From: Piedraia hortae CBS 480.64
Lineage: Eukaryota
DNA length: 64,000 nt
Assembly: GCA_010093745.1 (NCBI GenBank)
Contig: MU005966.1
Span: 255,628-319,627 of the forward strand
Reading direction: 5' to 3'
This document shows, piece after piece, positions 22,331 through 34,074 of the stretch. The notes beneath the pieces were generated by a model. The model did no database searches, had not been told where the DNA came from, and saw only the letters and a list, made by a program, of their open reading frames with translations. The translations under genes were made by a program, and so were the position numbers. The first letter of the stretch is position 1. Each line of letters starts with the position of its first letter.

Positions 22331-22699
22331 CTGGCAAATTACGTATGAGATAGACGCTTTCGCAACGCGATGTAGTTCCCTCTTCTCTTGTAAGATCAAA
22401 CTCATGACAAGTACTGAACCACATCTGCCAAATCGAGGTGTCGAGATTTGCGCACATCACCTTCTCACTGACAGGATACAACTTTCAATGGTTAGGGCGT
22501 GGCAGAACTATTGGATGACGATCAATTTCTCGAGTTGTGAGCCTTAGCATCATTACTTTGCTGTGCACGGGTGTCGGGTGAATACACAAACAGTGCCTGA
22601 AGAACATGCCCGTCGCGGTGTCTTTTTGCTATCTAAAATCCGTTAAAAACAGGCATCTCTAAATCGTACTGAAGTGCTGCATGGCCTACATAGTTTCGG

Positions 22700-23800
22700 T
22701 CAGATAGAGGTAGTAGAGAATAGCTCACCGATCTGGTGGGGGAGGCAGAGGCTGGTACAACTCTGCCTCCCTGTCCGCGAGTTGGTCTTGCTGTATGTTG
22801 TAACGATGACGATAAGGCCGTTGTCGACGAAGATATTGCATGGTGTTTCGTTCTGGTATTTGATACTGATCAGCTCGATTGCCCTTCCGTCATATGTCCC
22901 AACACCAGCATGGTCTCAAGGAAACCGATGAGTTATTCTCTGTTTCCTGATGTTGTGGTAGTTCCACTGGTGAGCGAAGTTAGTCGCTAAGGCATCGGGA
23001 TTGAAACATGAACCGCGAGGAAGGCGATTCTAGCGGCCGAGGAGTACCTGCTGTACTGATTCGCGTTGGACAACTCTTCAAAATGTAACCTTCACATCCA
23101 CAACTTGGATTTAGTTATTTGACCCCATCAGGATTCAATTCTCTGGCTCGCTTTGCTGGTCCTGTAGTGACAGCAATCTTTGAATGCGAGCTCCTGTTGG
23201 GGTTTATCACAGGCTTTGAGGATCAGGTCGTAGTGAAGGTCGGCAATCATGGCTGTCCCAGCGCCACTTTCGGAGCGCCGTCTAGGGGCAACGGAAGCCA
23301 GTTTCAAAGCGTATTGCTTGAACACCGAGACTGTGCTACGTCCGAAGATGCCCACATAGACCCACATTATGCAGCGAGGGCATCGGTTTATCGCTGCATA
23401 AATTTGGATCCCCCAGCGTTCGACGCTTGCAATTGTGTGCTCAGTCAGAAGCCTCCGCTTCTCACGGAGGGAATGCGCAAACTCCTTAACTGTTGTCTCG
23501 ACCAGAGTTGAGTCAACGAATGCATTCTCAGATGCTGTGTAGAGAAGTGTCCTGTGATCCTTAGATCTTCTTGCCGGTTCTGGGCGTTGGCATCGGTTCG
23601 GGCTGGCTGGTTGGATCTTCTGGACACTGGCACCTAGAGGGTCGGCAAAATTGTACATCCCATCGTCTTCGACACTGTACTCAGAGTAGTACTGGCATCT
23701 CTCACCAGACAGGTGTGCCTCTCATGATTTCTGCCAGCCATTCCTGCGCTGTGATTCCATGTGCCATTACAGAAGAAACCATCTGATTAACCCATTTTGC
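22700..23800 (-). mobile_element. Decayed integrase-core (DDE) transposase, Clr5-HTH / IS3EU-IS481-like fungal family
   Basis: RWGIQIYAAINRCPRCIMWVYVGIFGRSTVSVFKQY, F-KDC-HYRTSKASQRIES*WGQ, RIAFLAV and FAHQWNYHNIRKQR match the recalled consensus (GI.IYAAIDAYSR.I.W.YVG.S.RT..SV..QY; STANQRIESWW; WN.H.IR.Q). Stops are TGG-to-TGA. Confidence 0.72.
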
Positions 23801-24705
23801 CATCGCGAGTGTCACCCTTTTAGACAACCAACACACTTCACTTCGCCTACGAATGAGTAACCTTTACCCTATCAACCGATGGATCGTTTTCGGTGCTGTT
23901 CTTCATTCCCGAACCCAAGTATAGGTTCTCGTGTTGGACGAAACCAATGAGGTCGGAGTCTTCATTCCCGGCGCGTTGATCGGAATTGTCTCCAAGGTAT
24001 GGTCCGATCAAATTTGCGCTGCGGTGAAACATGCCGGAAGTCCCCGGGGGAGATCGCGGCTACCTGTAGCTCCGTATGCGCGGTTATTCTTCGCGATCTC
24101 TGAATGCTGTGCAACGCTGACAAGGAGAGTTGCCAGGGTTGAGGTCTCGAACGCTCCTGTGGAAGCGTCATGATTAGGGCGGATTCGGTCCAGAACCTGG
24201 CCGCGCAATGTAGAGGAAGCGTTGAGTGACGTTCCAAGGGGGTGGAGCCGGTGAAAGTCTGAAGACAACCTCGCAACGAACAATTTTCTTGTGGAAGGTG
24301 ACACCCTGAAGAGGCGGATGAAGAAACCTGCATATGCAAGTTTCTGAAAATTCATTAAAACTGGCTCCGCACAAGTCAGTCACATGAAGCACAATCTGCT
24401 TTTCTTCCAGATTGATACTGTGTTCTCACGACCGTAATCTGTGCATCCCCCATCGCAGGAAGAGCCGTGATGCCGTTCTAATCAAACCACATCATGCTGT
24501 AGAAACCAGACGAGAAACTCCATAAGTATACATACTCATACCTCTATTAACTGAAGCGCAGCTAAGTCTTGCAATGTTGGAAGATAAGACTCCCTCAGAC
24601 TATGTACAGTTTGCAGGTAGCTTTTCACCTGAGAACCTATCGTCAGTACTGGTTCCAAAGATCCGCTGAAGAAGGCGGCTCACCGAGACTCACCGTGTCC
24701 GCAAT

Positions 24706-25179
24706 TCACTGGACAGATTTGCATTTCCAGACATTCTGATCCATCGCCCACGTGAGATACTTGATGAGCACCCAGCCCACAATGATAAGAAATAGGAAGA
24801 TCAGCACCAGTATCAACATGCACGTTAGCACGCTCAGCACCAATTTGTAGACATCCTGCTTCTCTTCGTGCACGACGTTTCCCAAGACCTGCTGGCGCTC
24901 TTCAATTCCCCAGTCTGGTGATTGGCAGTCACGCGGTTCGTGCTCAGCGTAGTTTTGATATGTGATGCCCGCTTCGATATTTGACTGTTCTGATCCGGTC
25001 GGTTGTGTTACTTTGGTGCGTATTAGTGTGTGTTGTACGTTGTCAAGCGAAGCGGCGTAAACGTACTTGAGAGCGGATGCAGCGGAACTCCCGTCTTTGA
25101 ATTGCGAAGGAGCTGGCGGTAAGTGTACTTGAAGTTGTCCATATTCCTTTGCATGAAACCGGACAAGCGATTCGGCCAA
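24706..25179 (-). CDS. Hypothetical protein with one C-terminal transmembrane helix; may be a fragment
   Basis: 157-aa ORF with a non-ATG start and the hydrophobic stretch LVLSVLTCMLILVLIFLFLIIVGWVLI. Confidence 0.35.
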   Translation of the reverse strand: MAESLVRFHAKEYGQLQVHLPPAPSQFKDGSSAASALKYVYAASLDNVQHTLIRTKVTQPTGSEQSNIEAGITYQNYAEHEPRDCQSPDWGIEERQQVLGNVVHEEKQDVYKLVLSVLTCMLILVLIFLFLIIVGWVLIKYLTWAMDQNVWKCKSVQ

Positions 25180-26085
25180 GAATATCGCGATCTGAAGTTA
25201 TGCAGTAATATGGTTGTTGCGCCGAAGAATACGTGTGGTGATGTTCTTGCGATAATGCGTGAAGTCGGGATGTCAACCTCCTTGACGTCTTTGACAGGCT
25301 GGTGATCTGAAGTTGGGCCAATCTGACGTTGTAAGGCACTTTGAGGTGTGAGTCATGGACAGCTCCATTCTACTGTCCATCCTAGGAAGCTTATCAGTCA
25401 TGATTACTCAATCACAGTAGTCCTCGCCCCTTTGCTCACGGTTAACATATTATATGGGTCAATTAAAACCATAATCCACCTATTCAAGCTGGCTTCAGTC
25501 ATCTGCCAGATCTAGAATGGTTAATAACCATGGAAGCTACTTTGTCAACTCTGGAACAACCCTACCGCATATTGTTTTTTTCGATCCATGACCCCACTTA
25601 CCATCAAGTTGCCCTTCAAAGAATGACAGCTGCATCGCCTTGAGCCTCGAGCAATGGCGGCTCAAAGATATGAGCCCCCGGCTCTAGAGGATGGATGATC
25701 AGGCCCAGAGGCTTTGGATATCTTCGTATGAATTCTAGTTCAAGAGCAGGAGGTTGCTATTGACCTCTGGAGGCCCAGACCACACTTCTATATTCTGGCC
25801 TTGACTACAATCGAATCGATCACCCCAGCTCTTTCCCGCGTGATCCCGGATAACCTTGGCTCCTTGTACTCGCAATAAGGGAGCCCCCCTGCGGAAGCTT
25901 CTAGGATCCATGAATGAACGAAGAGTCGAACCATTTACGGGAGAAGGTTCACACGCCTGAACTCTCTTCTTGACTACTTACGTAATCTCCGCACAAGTCT
26001 GGAATCAGCGCCTAGATGACGACATGTGATCTTTGCAGGGCGTCATACTCTGGCGCAGAGCCGATGCGTCGCCCAGGACAGAGCT

Positions 26086-26340
26086 GTGGAATCTCATCGG
26101 TGCTCGATCAAGCATGGGTTTCTGCACCAGTGTAACAGGCCCGGGATCGACTTCGTCGTGTTAATCTTGCTTGCCTGACGCTTCGAATTCAAGTCCGAGT
26201 GGTGGAAGCTCGCAAGCAAGACCGTGGACACTGACAAGATCCTGCAGTACCATGCTGACCCCCACCAGTGGGTTTGCGGGTGCGCAAAGTTTCGGCTGAG
26301 CCGATTCTTGCTTTGCAAACATATTGCTTGTCTGAATGAA
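26086..26340 (+). mobile_element. SWIM zinc-finger / MULE-like transposase C-terminal remnant
   Basis: VESHRCSIKHGFLHQCNRPGIDFVVLIL (compare VESHWR.IKHD.LH.FNRPRID.VV..L) followed by YHADPHQWVCGCAKFRLSRFLLCKHI (SWIM CxC...CxH). Confidence 0.7.
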
Positions 26341-27068
26341 CTGAGGACCATTGGTTCTCTCCGATGGTTTACTGGCACCGGGACCTTTGCTTCTGGCGGG
26401 GCCAATCACTCATTGTGCTCTCCCAATACCAAGGTGTTGGCTCATCTCAGTGGACTCCCCAATGAGACGTGTAGGATAAAGAGATGAACCAGGAGGAGTG
26501 ATATGTACATAGCCAGCTGTCCCGCTCGGTGCGGCACTCAATAACTGTCCAAACATTCGTCTCAGTCCCTTACAGTCCCAGCGAGCTGACTGCTCTACAG
26601 CTATAGCAACAACTATAATAGAAGTAAGACTTAAGAGCTATCACCTTTGCTTCGACATGCTGCGAGATCCGTTTCAAACGGCTGCTGATGTGAATCGCTG
26701 CGCTTGAGGTCTTGGAGGGTCAATGAGAAGTGGAGAAGGGCTGGAACGCAGAAAATCATCAAGCTTCACACAGTATAGAATCGATTTGATTGGAAGGATC
26801 CCCGTAGATTTGAACCGTTGCTTATTGTTAGTTCTTCCCTCTTGTTTCCCTTTCAACAATGCGTGCAAACTTCCCATCGTGATGCCTTGTAAAGGTTGTC
26901 GTTTTGAAATGCATTGGGGAGAGACAGACAATTGGGAAGGCTGAGAGCTTACAAGAGCTCATGTAACTTAGGGAACATTAATTGTTTCATTGGCAGCATA
27001 AATTTGTCCTTGAGGTCTTTCGCAATGATCCTCCGGTTTGCTCGCATGCAGTCAGACGTGCGGGTCTC

Positions 27069-27190
27069 GGCCAACCAATCAGAAACAAGCGGGCTGCCTG
27101 GGCCAATCAAATTCAAGACAAGCGCGGAAAATATTCCGCCTCCCCAACGCATTTCTGACGCGCCTTCTCCATTCTTCTTTCCTTCTTCAA
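27069..27190 (+). promoter_or_regulatory. Putative U4 snRNA promoter, copy 2
   Basis: GGCCAACCAATCAG...CCAATCA-ATTCAAGA...GCGGAAAATATTCCGCC...TTTCTGACGCG, collinear with the promoter of copy 1. Confidence 0.6.
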
Positions 27191-27191
27191 C

Positions 27192-27320
27192 ATCCGAGTG
27201 CACGGGCAGTACGCATATCAGTGAGGATTCGTCCGAGATTGCGTTTTTGCTAGTTGAAAACTTTTACAGTTTGACCGCTCCTGTTGGTCTTCGGATCGGC
27301 AGGGAATCTTTGGAACCTTT
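27192..27320 (+). ncRNA. U4: U4 spliceosomal snRNA, copy 2
   Basis: 27182-27330 is identical to 5696-5844 (149 bp, compared by eye). Confidence 0.93.
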
Positions 27321-27440
27321 TTGCTTTTCACCAGTCTTTACGCGTCGCGTGGCGCTGGAGAGGAGCATCTATCGTATTAGCATAGGTAGAATCGAAGTAG
27401 GTACAATTGAATGATAAGACCGTCCCTTGCGCGACCACGA

Positions 27441-29153
27441 CTATGTAAATTTCCGCATGGGAAGTGCAGACTCCCGATTAGAAATGGCAAAAGGACTCTT
27501 CTCCCGAATTCTGCGTCCGTACATTCGAAACAGGACGGCGATGCCGCAGAAGCACGTCGCAAAGGAGGCGAGAATGGAGAGCGCGTAATTGTTCCCGACA
27601 GCGACGAAGAACTTGCGACCGAAGAGGGGGAATACCCCTGATAACGTGGCGCGAAGAGTAGACATGGGCGCGCTGGCAGAGGCGGCGTAGCTGGCATACG
27701 CGTCAGTCAGATAGCCAGAAAGAGCACTGTCGAATTCCACCACTCCGTAGCCGATCAACAGCAATGCCAGCACCGACGGCCAGGAGCCGATGTTGACCAG
27801 CGGCGGAACCGTCCACGCAAACCACCACAACCCACACGCCAAAACAGGCGCCGCCAGGTAGAAACCAAACAGCTTATCCTCTGGCTCCAGAATCTCATTG
27901 TTCCTTTCCCGCTTCTTCGCAACATGCACATCGTAAAACCGGGGAAGCAGACTGAAAATGGCCCCAAGCCCAATAGCGATGAAGACGAGCGAATAGTCTC
28001 GTTCACTGAACCCAAACCCAGTGATGTACACCTCACCCAGCACTTCCGAGAAGAGATAAACCACAGCCACGACCGTAGCGGCCATGATGCTCACGACCAC
28101 AATAATCGGCTCCGCACATAGTCGTATAGGCTGCCACAACGACTTCCGAAAAAACTCCTTCAACGTTGGCAAAGAATCCTCCGTATCTGTCGTCAAATGC
28201 TTGTATCCTGACTGTTGAGCGACTAGCTCAACCCTCTCACTTAACAGTTTCGAAGGTCTCGACTCCTGCATAGCCACGCAAAGCAACGCACTCGAGCACG
28301 CGACCAGTGCAGCGATTCCATACACCCAAGTCCTGCAGCCATCAGCATGAACACAACCAAAAGGAGGTGAGCCCGAAGGACACCCCCTCCCCCCTCCCGC
28401 CCAGAAAAAAAAGGACAGAGAGAAAAAAACCCACCATCCCAAAGCCTCACAAACCCCCACCGCGAGCACCGGCCCGGCCGCCATGCCCACGACCGCAGCG
28501 AGAATCCACCCATGCACCACCCAAATCCTCTCTCTCGCATCCCACATATTCGCAATACTTCCCGCGGCAACCACACTCGGAATCGACGACAACAAACCCG
28601 CAACCCCCCTCCCCACAACAATCACCCCCACCGACCTCGCAGCGGTAATGACCGCACACGCACACCCAAACGCAAGAGTCGAAAAAACATAAACCCCCCT
28701 CTCCCCGAAAGACTCCGCTATGGGCGGGAAAATCAACCCCCCCAACGCTTGCGCGAGGAGGTAGACTGTTACGAACGAGAAGAGGGATAGACCTGGCGAG
28801 GAACCCAGATCGGAGGAGGCGTAGGTCGAGGCAGGGGAGCCGGTGTTGCTTATGAGTGTCATGAAGAATTCGAGGAAGAAGATTAAACCTGTGTTGTATA
28901 CCTTGCGGTGCAAAGGCCAGTTCCTTGGGTGGTGGGGGGTCAGGGGGAGCCAGGTTACGTTGCCAGTGGGGGAGAGGGTTAGGCCGTTTTGGGTGAGAGT
29001 CGCGTGGACGCCGGGGGGGATGGCGATGGGTTTGTTGAGAGAGGTTGAGGAGGACGCTTCGCTGGAGGGGGTTGAGGGTTCGAGTTCGGAGGCCCCATCG
29101 AGGTAGTGGAATGTTATCATCGAAAGGGTTGATGTGGATTTGTGGGAGGACAT
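27441..29153 (-). CDS. MFS multidrug transporter (DHA1-like); in-frame intron 28333-28434
   Basis: HPRNWPLHRK, FPPIAESFGER, GRGVAGLLSS, MQESRPS, PEDKL and YLTDAYASYAASA with about 12 TM segments. Intron GTGGGT...GCTGAT...CAG. Confidence 0.9.
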   Translation of the reverse strand: MSSHKSTSTLSMITFHYLDGASELEPSTPSSEASSSTSLNKPIAIPPGVHATLTQNGLTLSPTGNVTWLPLTPHHPRNWPLHRKVYNTGLIFFLEFFMTLISNTGSPASTYASSDLGSSPGLSLFSFVTVYLLAQALGGLIFPPIAESFGERGVYVFSTLAFGCACAVITAARSVGVIVVGRGVAGLLSSIPSVVAAGSIANMWDARERIWVVHGWILAAVVGMAAGPVLAVGVCEALGWWVFFSLSFFFWAGGGRGCPSGSPPFGCVHADGCRTWVYGIAALVACSSALLCVAMQESRPSKLLSERVELVAQQSGYKHLTTDTEDSLPTLKEFFRKSLWQPIRLCAEPIIVVVSIMAATVVAVVYLFSEVLGEVYITGFGFSERDYSLVFIAIGLGAIFSLLPRFYDVHVAKKRERNNEILEPEDKLFGFYLAAPVLACGLWWFAWTVPPLVNIGSWPSVLALLLIGYGVVEFDSALSGYLTDAYASYAASASAPMSTLRATLSGVFPLFGRKFFVAVGNNYALSILASFATCFCGIAVLFRMYGRRIREKSPFAISNRESALPMRKFT

Positions 29154-30325
29154 TTTGACGCTTCGCAGGGATGTTAGGATGGAAGGTGCATTATATCGCT
29201 CTTGCGGTTTTCGATTAGGTCGCAATTGGGAAGATGAGTAAGATTATGGATTTGGAGGGGAAGCCATTGTGTGATGATAAGGATGGTCGGTTGGTGTGGA
29301 ATGTTGGACCTCCTCTCTTCGGATTGGGACTGTGTGGATGCATACAGTACTGAGAGACTGAGGTTCCATGGTGGACTTATGGCTGCTGATGTTGGCTTAC
29401 CGTGAGATTCTGGACTTTAGGTGTTTTCCTTCCTAGAATTCCACTTGGAGTATATGGACCATTGTTGGGGCCTCTAGATTGCTCTACTGTCTCACTGCCA
29501 TGTGCACGAAGAAGGGGAGTCTTTATCGCTAGAGTTCGGGTTGAGACACCCGCAAAGGCGGTGTGGAGGGAACGACTAACAAATCGCAACTCTGCCAGCT
29601 GGCTGACGGACGAATGTTTCATGGTGTTCATACTCGTATCTATCAACTCTGGGGAAGTTGGGAGTCTGACTATCTCACTGACAGGGCTTTCATTTGGTAC
29701 ACGTATCTGGGCATGCAGTTCTGGACAATGTTGGAATTTCGAAGAGATTCTGGGCGACTTTCGAAGCTTCTAGTGCCGATTAATGATGTGCACGCCAGAA
29801 CATCGACGGTTTCACAAAGATATCCCAATTGCCCTGTTGTCATCGAAGGGGTTGTAAGTTTTAGTAGTTAGTGGGTAGTGACTGTCCAATTCTAGTGGGT
29901 AACGATGTGTGCGAAAGCTGGTAGCTTGTTTGATCAACTTGTGCAGGCATAAGATCCGATGTATGTACCAATTAAGAATCTGTCGAAGGATCGGCGGGAA
30001 GGAGTACCCTGGTCTTACTACATAGATCGGGCTCCACTTGGCCTCCCGATTGGGTAACCAGTGGACCCGTTATGCGAAGTATATAGAGCCTAAGATCTAC
30101 CGCTAGGCGGTAGCCCGCCTTCAATGATGACTGTACTGGACTTCTGTAGCTGTTTTCGTGAGGGTAACGCGAGGCTTGCGCGGGCCGCTCCGCATCAACA
30201 GATGAATGACAAAGTGGTTGTCTCCATACTACTGCTGTAGTGTACTCGCTAGTATGGAAAGCACGGACAGGTGACGGATGCAGCTGGCAGATTTGGAGAG
30301 TTTCGAGCACGGAATATGTATGCGC

Positions 30326-30580
30326 TCCGCTGGGACACCCCACTCGAACCCTGCGTACTGTTTTGTCTAGAGCAAGCCAAAAGTTGCCGCCAAAGTCGGA
30401 GCAAAGACCACGGCAAAGACCACGGCAAAGAGTCCACCGAAAATTTGGTAAAATTTGCTCGTTGGGACACACCCTTTTTGGCCCAGAGTAGTGCAAAAGC
30501 TGTCCCCAAACGCAGGGCCGAAACTGGGGGTAAAGATTGTCCCGGAAATTTTGGAAAATTTGCCCGCTGGGGACGCTCCC
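30326..30580 (+). repeat. Degenerate dispersed repeats (AAATTTGGWAAATTTGCYCGYTGGGACRC) and a 12-bp tandem (GACCACGGCAAA x2)
   Basis: Units at about 30326-30340 (partial), 30441-30474 and 30546-30580. Tandem at about 30406-30431. Confidence 0.55.
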
Positions 30581-30850
30581 TTTATCCTGCCTTGGCAATA
30601 CCTTACAAGTGAGATATTCTTGCGGTGGCGACTGGGTAATATCATAGCCGTACAGTGAGAAAAAGGTGGTATCAGCAGGTGAGTCCATGACGAATTAGAT
30701 TTCACAGATGAAATCGAAGCGATCGATTCAAGCCGCGAGTTCTCGACCGCGGTCTTCCATGACGATTTCTAATCACGATTCATATGGTTCAAAGATGCTG
30801 ACTTTTTTTCCCTCTTTCCCTTCAACTTGTCTCTGTGAGCGACACTGGTG

Positions 30851-32417
30851 ATGGCAGATGTTGAAAAGCAGCGGCCTGTTGGCGGCGGCGATGATGATGA
30901 TGATGGTGAGAATTCCCGCCCAGCATGCTTTCGTTCGACACTTCAGGAGGTTCTGTTTGTGCTCACAGCGACAATGGCGGTTGCGATGAGCTCGTTACTG
31001 GTCGGCTCGGTCACGGTGACCTCGTCGTTTATTGGGAGGGATCTCAACATGTCTACTGCGGAGATCACTTGGTTGTCGTCGTCTTGCTCCCTCAGCAGCG
31101 GCGCGTTCCTGCTCTTCTTTGGGAAGGCTGCGGATTTGTTTGGTAAGTTGCTATGCCTTCATGATGACAATGGCTAACGGGATGTCAGGACGTAAGGTGA
31201 TGTTTATAGGATCCATGTTATTGTTCTCCGTCTTTGCCATTGTTGCAGGTTTTGCCAAATCTGCCATTGAGGTCGATGTCATCAACGGTGTTTTGGGTTT
31301 GACGTGTGCTGCTTCTGTACCTCCGGCCGTGGGCATCCTGGGTCTGGCTTATGATAGACCCAGTAAACGCAAAAACTACGCGTTTGCCTGTTTCTCGGCC
31401 GGAAACCCACTTGGCTATGTAGTTGGATCTATCTTGGGCGGTCTTGCGACCTCCCTCTTTGGCTGGTCTGCATCGTTCTGGTTGATGGCTATTATCTTTG
31501 GTGTTTTTGCAGGTGCTGGAATATGGACCATTCCGGCCGATACAACACCCAGGGAGCCTTTCAACCTCGAAACGCCAAAGAAGTTTGATGTGCCAGGAGT
31601 GTTGTGCATTATATTTGGCATCGGCATGCTCACAGCAGCCCTCAGCCTCGGATCAACAGCATCCCATGGATGGAAATCCGCACACGTTCTCGGCCTTCTC
31701 ATCGCGAGCATCTGCCTGCTGATCATCTTTGTGTGTTGGGACCTCTGGTACAAGTACCCGCTGGTGCCCATGTGGATCTGGAAAGATGCTAACTTTAGCC
31801 TCTGCATGGCCATTCTCGTATTGGGTATCTTGGCCTTTACACCCGCAGCCTTCTTTCTCGCACTATATTTCCAAGACATAAAGCAGATGTCTGCCCTGCA
31901 GGTTGCGGTACACATCTTGCCCATGGCTGTTATGGGTCTGACGATCAACGTCATCGCCGGGCTTACCCTGCACAAGGTGTCCAACAAGATGTTGATGCTT
32001 GCAGGCACTGTAGCCTACAGCATCGCCTTTCTTCTAATGGCCATGAACCGGCAGAGCTCCAGCTACTGGGCGTTTTTGTTTCCTGCTTTTTGCATCGTCG
32101 TCGCTGGCACCGATTTCCAATTCAACGTGACAAACATGTATGTCATGTCCTCCATGCCTGCTTCGCAGCAAAGCATTGCCGGGGGAATCTTCCAGACGGC
32201 TAGCAGACTCTTCATGGCCCTGGGGCTCGGAGCCGGCACTGCCATATTCAATTCTGTACAGCAGAACCCAGTTATGAACGCATACTGGGATACGGACACG
32301 CAGCCCTATGCCGCCACCTGCTGGTTTGCGTTTGCCTCGAGTGTTGCGTGTTTCTTTCTGATTCCTTTCTTGACTTTGAACACGCAGGGTGGGAAGAACG
32401 ATATCGACAGGCATTGA
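30851..32417 (+). CDS. MFS drug:H+ antiporter (DHA2/Atr1-like, 14 TM); intron 31143-31188
   Basis: RPACFRSTLQEVLFV, FGKAADLFGRK after splicing, KRKNYAFACFSAGNPLG, FDVPG and QQSIAGGIFQT. Confidence 0.92.
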
Positions 32418-32481
32418 GAGTATATAGATTAGTTGTCGTAGCATTAGCATTAATACTTTGGATAATTGAGGTAGTTGATCC

Positions 32482-33942
32482 TCAGGCAAGAAACCTCGAA
32501 ATCTCTCCTCCGACACCCTCCAGATCGAGCAGAAAAGTGTCATGGCCGAACAGTGAGCGGTCCTCGCCAAGTTCAACATGGGTAACTTGTCGATTGCCAG
32601 TCTCTCGCAGCACTTCAGCAATCTCCCGCTGTTGAAATGCCGGAAACAAGATGTCAGACGCAACGCCCAGAACCAAAGTCGGCGTCTTCTGCAGATTGGC
32701 CATTCCCTTTACAAGGTCGTCTTTGGCCATCATTTTATCAGCTGCTGTCGAGTTCGATTTCTCTTGATAGGGCTTCGCGGGGAGGACAAGTCCACATTGT
32801 GCTGCGTCTACACTCTCCTGCGGCTTCTCAGAATGATTCTGTCTCCTCTGCGCAGTTGCATCTTGGAGTTCTTTTCCCAGATCGAACAGATCCATTGCCT
32901 TGCTGACATACAGCAGGCTGTTGGCGTCGTATTCGAGACACCACTTCTCCCCGGCGTGGTCCAAATATGTTTCAATGAGGAAATCGGGACACAGAGCAGG
33001 CGGTTTGCTGGAATCTGCCCGTTGGCGGCCGAATCTATTTTCCCATTCGGGACCAGAACGATATGTTATTGTGGCAATTTCTCGTGCCAGTTTCATACCC
33101 TGATGGGGAGGCATGTGGGCATAGTAGCTTCCACGCGTCTGCGACCAGGCCGGGTCAGCCATCAGCACTTGACGCTGTGTGTGGCGCATGGCGATGCTGT
33201 ACGGGTGGCTGCGCGCGCAACCCGAGACTGAGACTATGCGAGACACCCGATCGGGATACAAGACGCCAGCAGCCAGCGACTGCATACCGCCCATGCTGCA
33301 ACCGACGCTGGCATACAATTTGTTGATGTTTAAGCCGTCCAGAAGGCGAAACTGCGCCCTTACCATGTCCTGCAAAGTCAGGATCGGGAAACTCGTTGCG
33401 TACGGCCGTCCACTGAGCGGGTCCTTGCTGCTGGGCCCGGTGCTTCCGTAGCATCCGCCCAGGACATTTGTGCAGATAACAAAGAACTTGTCCGTGTCCA
33501 AAGGGGCGCCGGGTCCGATGAATTTTTCCCACCATCCAGGCTTGGGATTTGTCTGAGTGCTTTTGGCGTGGCTGCTGGCTGAAAGGCCCGTATGCAACAA
33601 GATGGCGTTGCTCTTGTCGGCATTCAGCGAGCCCCAAGTCTCGAAAGCGAGATCAAACTCGGGCAAGACTCCTCCCCAGTCCAGCAGAAGTGGCTGGTCG
33701 CTATGGAAGGTTTCGTGGGCACCGGTGGTGTACGATGGCTCTGGCCCAGACATGGACCTGCTGGACAGCTTCTGCGTTCTCTCTTCAATGTTGTCCAGAC
33801 AAGGAAAGGCCAGCTGCGGGTTGGACTGCTGTGTCGCATAGCGTCTCGATCGCGACAGCAGTAGTCGCCATGTCGGATTGATTGCTCGACGGACTTTTGG
33901 TGCTGCCCGTAAGGCGCTCGCGACGGCGCTTGACGTGTTCAT
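32482..33942 (-). CDS. cys2: Serine O-succinyl/acetyltransferase (homoserine acetyltransferase fold, Cys2/CysA type), mitochondrial
   Basis: [45 protein letters not shown] nucleophile elbow, [19 protein letters not shown] and FGHDTFLLD. Confidence 0.88.
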   Translation of the reverse strand: MNTSSAVASALRAAPKVRRAINPTWRLLLSRSRRYATQQSNPQLAFPCLDNIEERTQKLSSRSMSGPEPSYTTGAHETFHSDQPLLLDWGGVLPEFDLAFETWGSLNADKSNAILLHTGLSASSHAKSTQTNPKPGWWEKFIGPGAPLDTDKFFVICTNVLGGCYGSTGPSSKDPLSGRPYATSFPILTLQDMVRAQFRLLDGLNINKLYASVGCSMGGMQSLAAGVLYPDRVSRIVSVSGCARSHPYSIAMRHTQRQVLMADPAWSQTRGSYYAHMPPHQGMKLAREIATITYRSGPEWENRFGRQRADSSKPPALCPDFLIETYLDHAGEKWCLEYDANSLLYVSKAMDLFDLGKELQDATAQRRQNHSEKPQESVDAAQCGLVLPAKPYQEKSNSTAADKMMAKDDLVKGMANLQKTPTLVLGVASDILFPAFQQREIAEVLRETGNRQVTHVELGEDRSLFGHDTFLLDLEGVGGEISRFLA

Positions 33943-34074
33943 TGATAGGAAAAACTCGAGATGACGCCATCGTGACATGTCAATCCCCACCTGTCACCCC
34001 ACATTGACAGGGATTTGTATCGGAGCCGGTTGTTACATGGTATAATTACAATTTTACTGTATGGTACAGATCAA

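Noticed and set aside
30290..30600. CRISPR-like array
   Set aside because: Eukaryotic context, only 2-3 degenerate units, irregular long spacers and no cas genes.
27441..33942. Secondary-metabolite or sulfur gene cluster (two MFS genes plus cys2)
   Set aside because: No backbone enzyme, tailoring genes or cluster regulator nearby. The neighbours are housekeeping genes.
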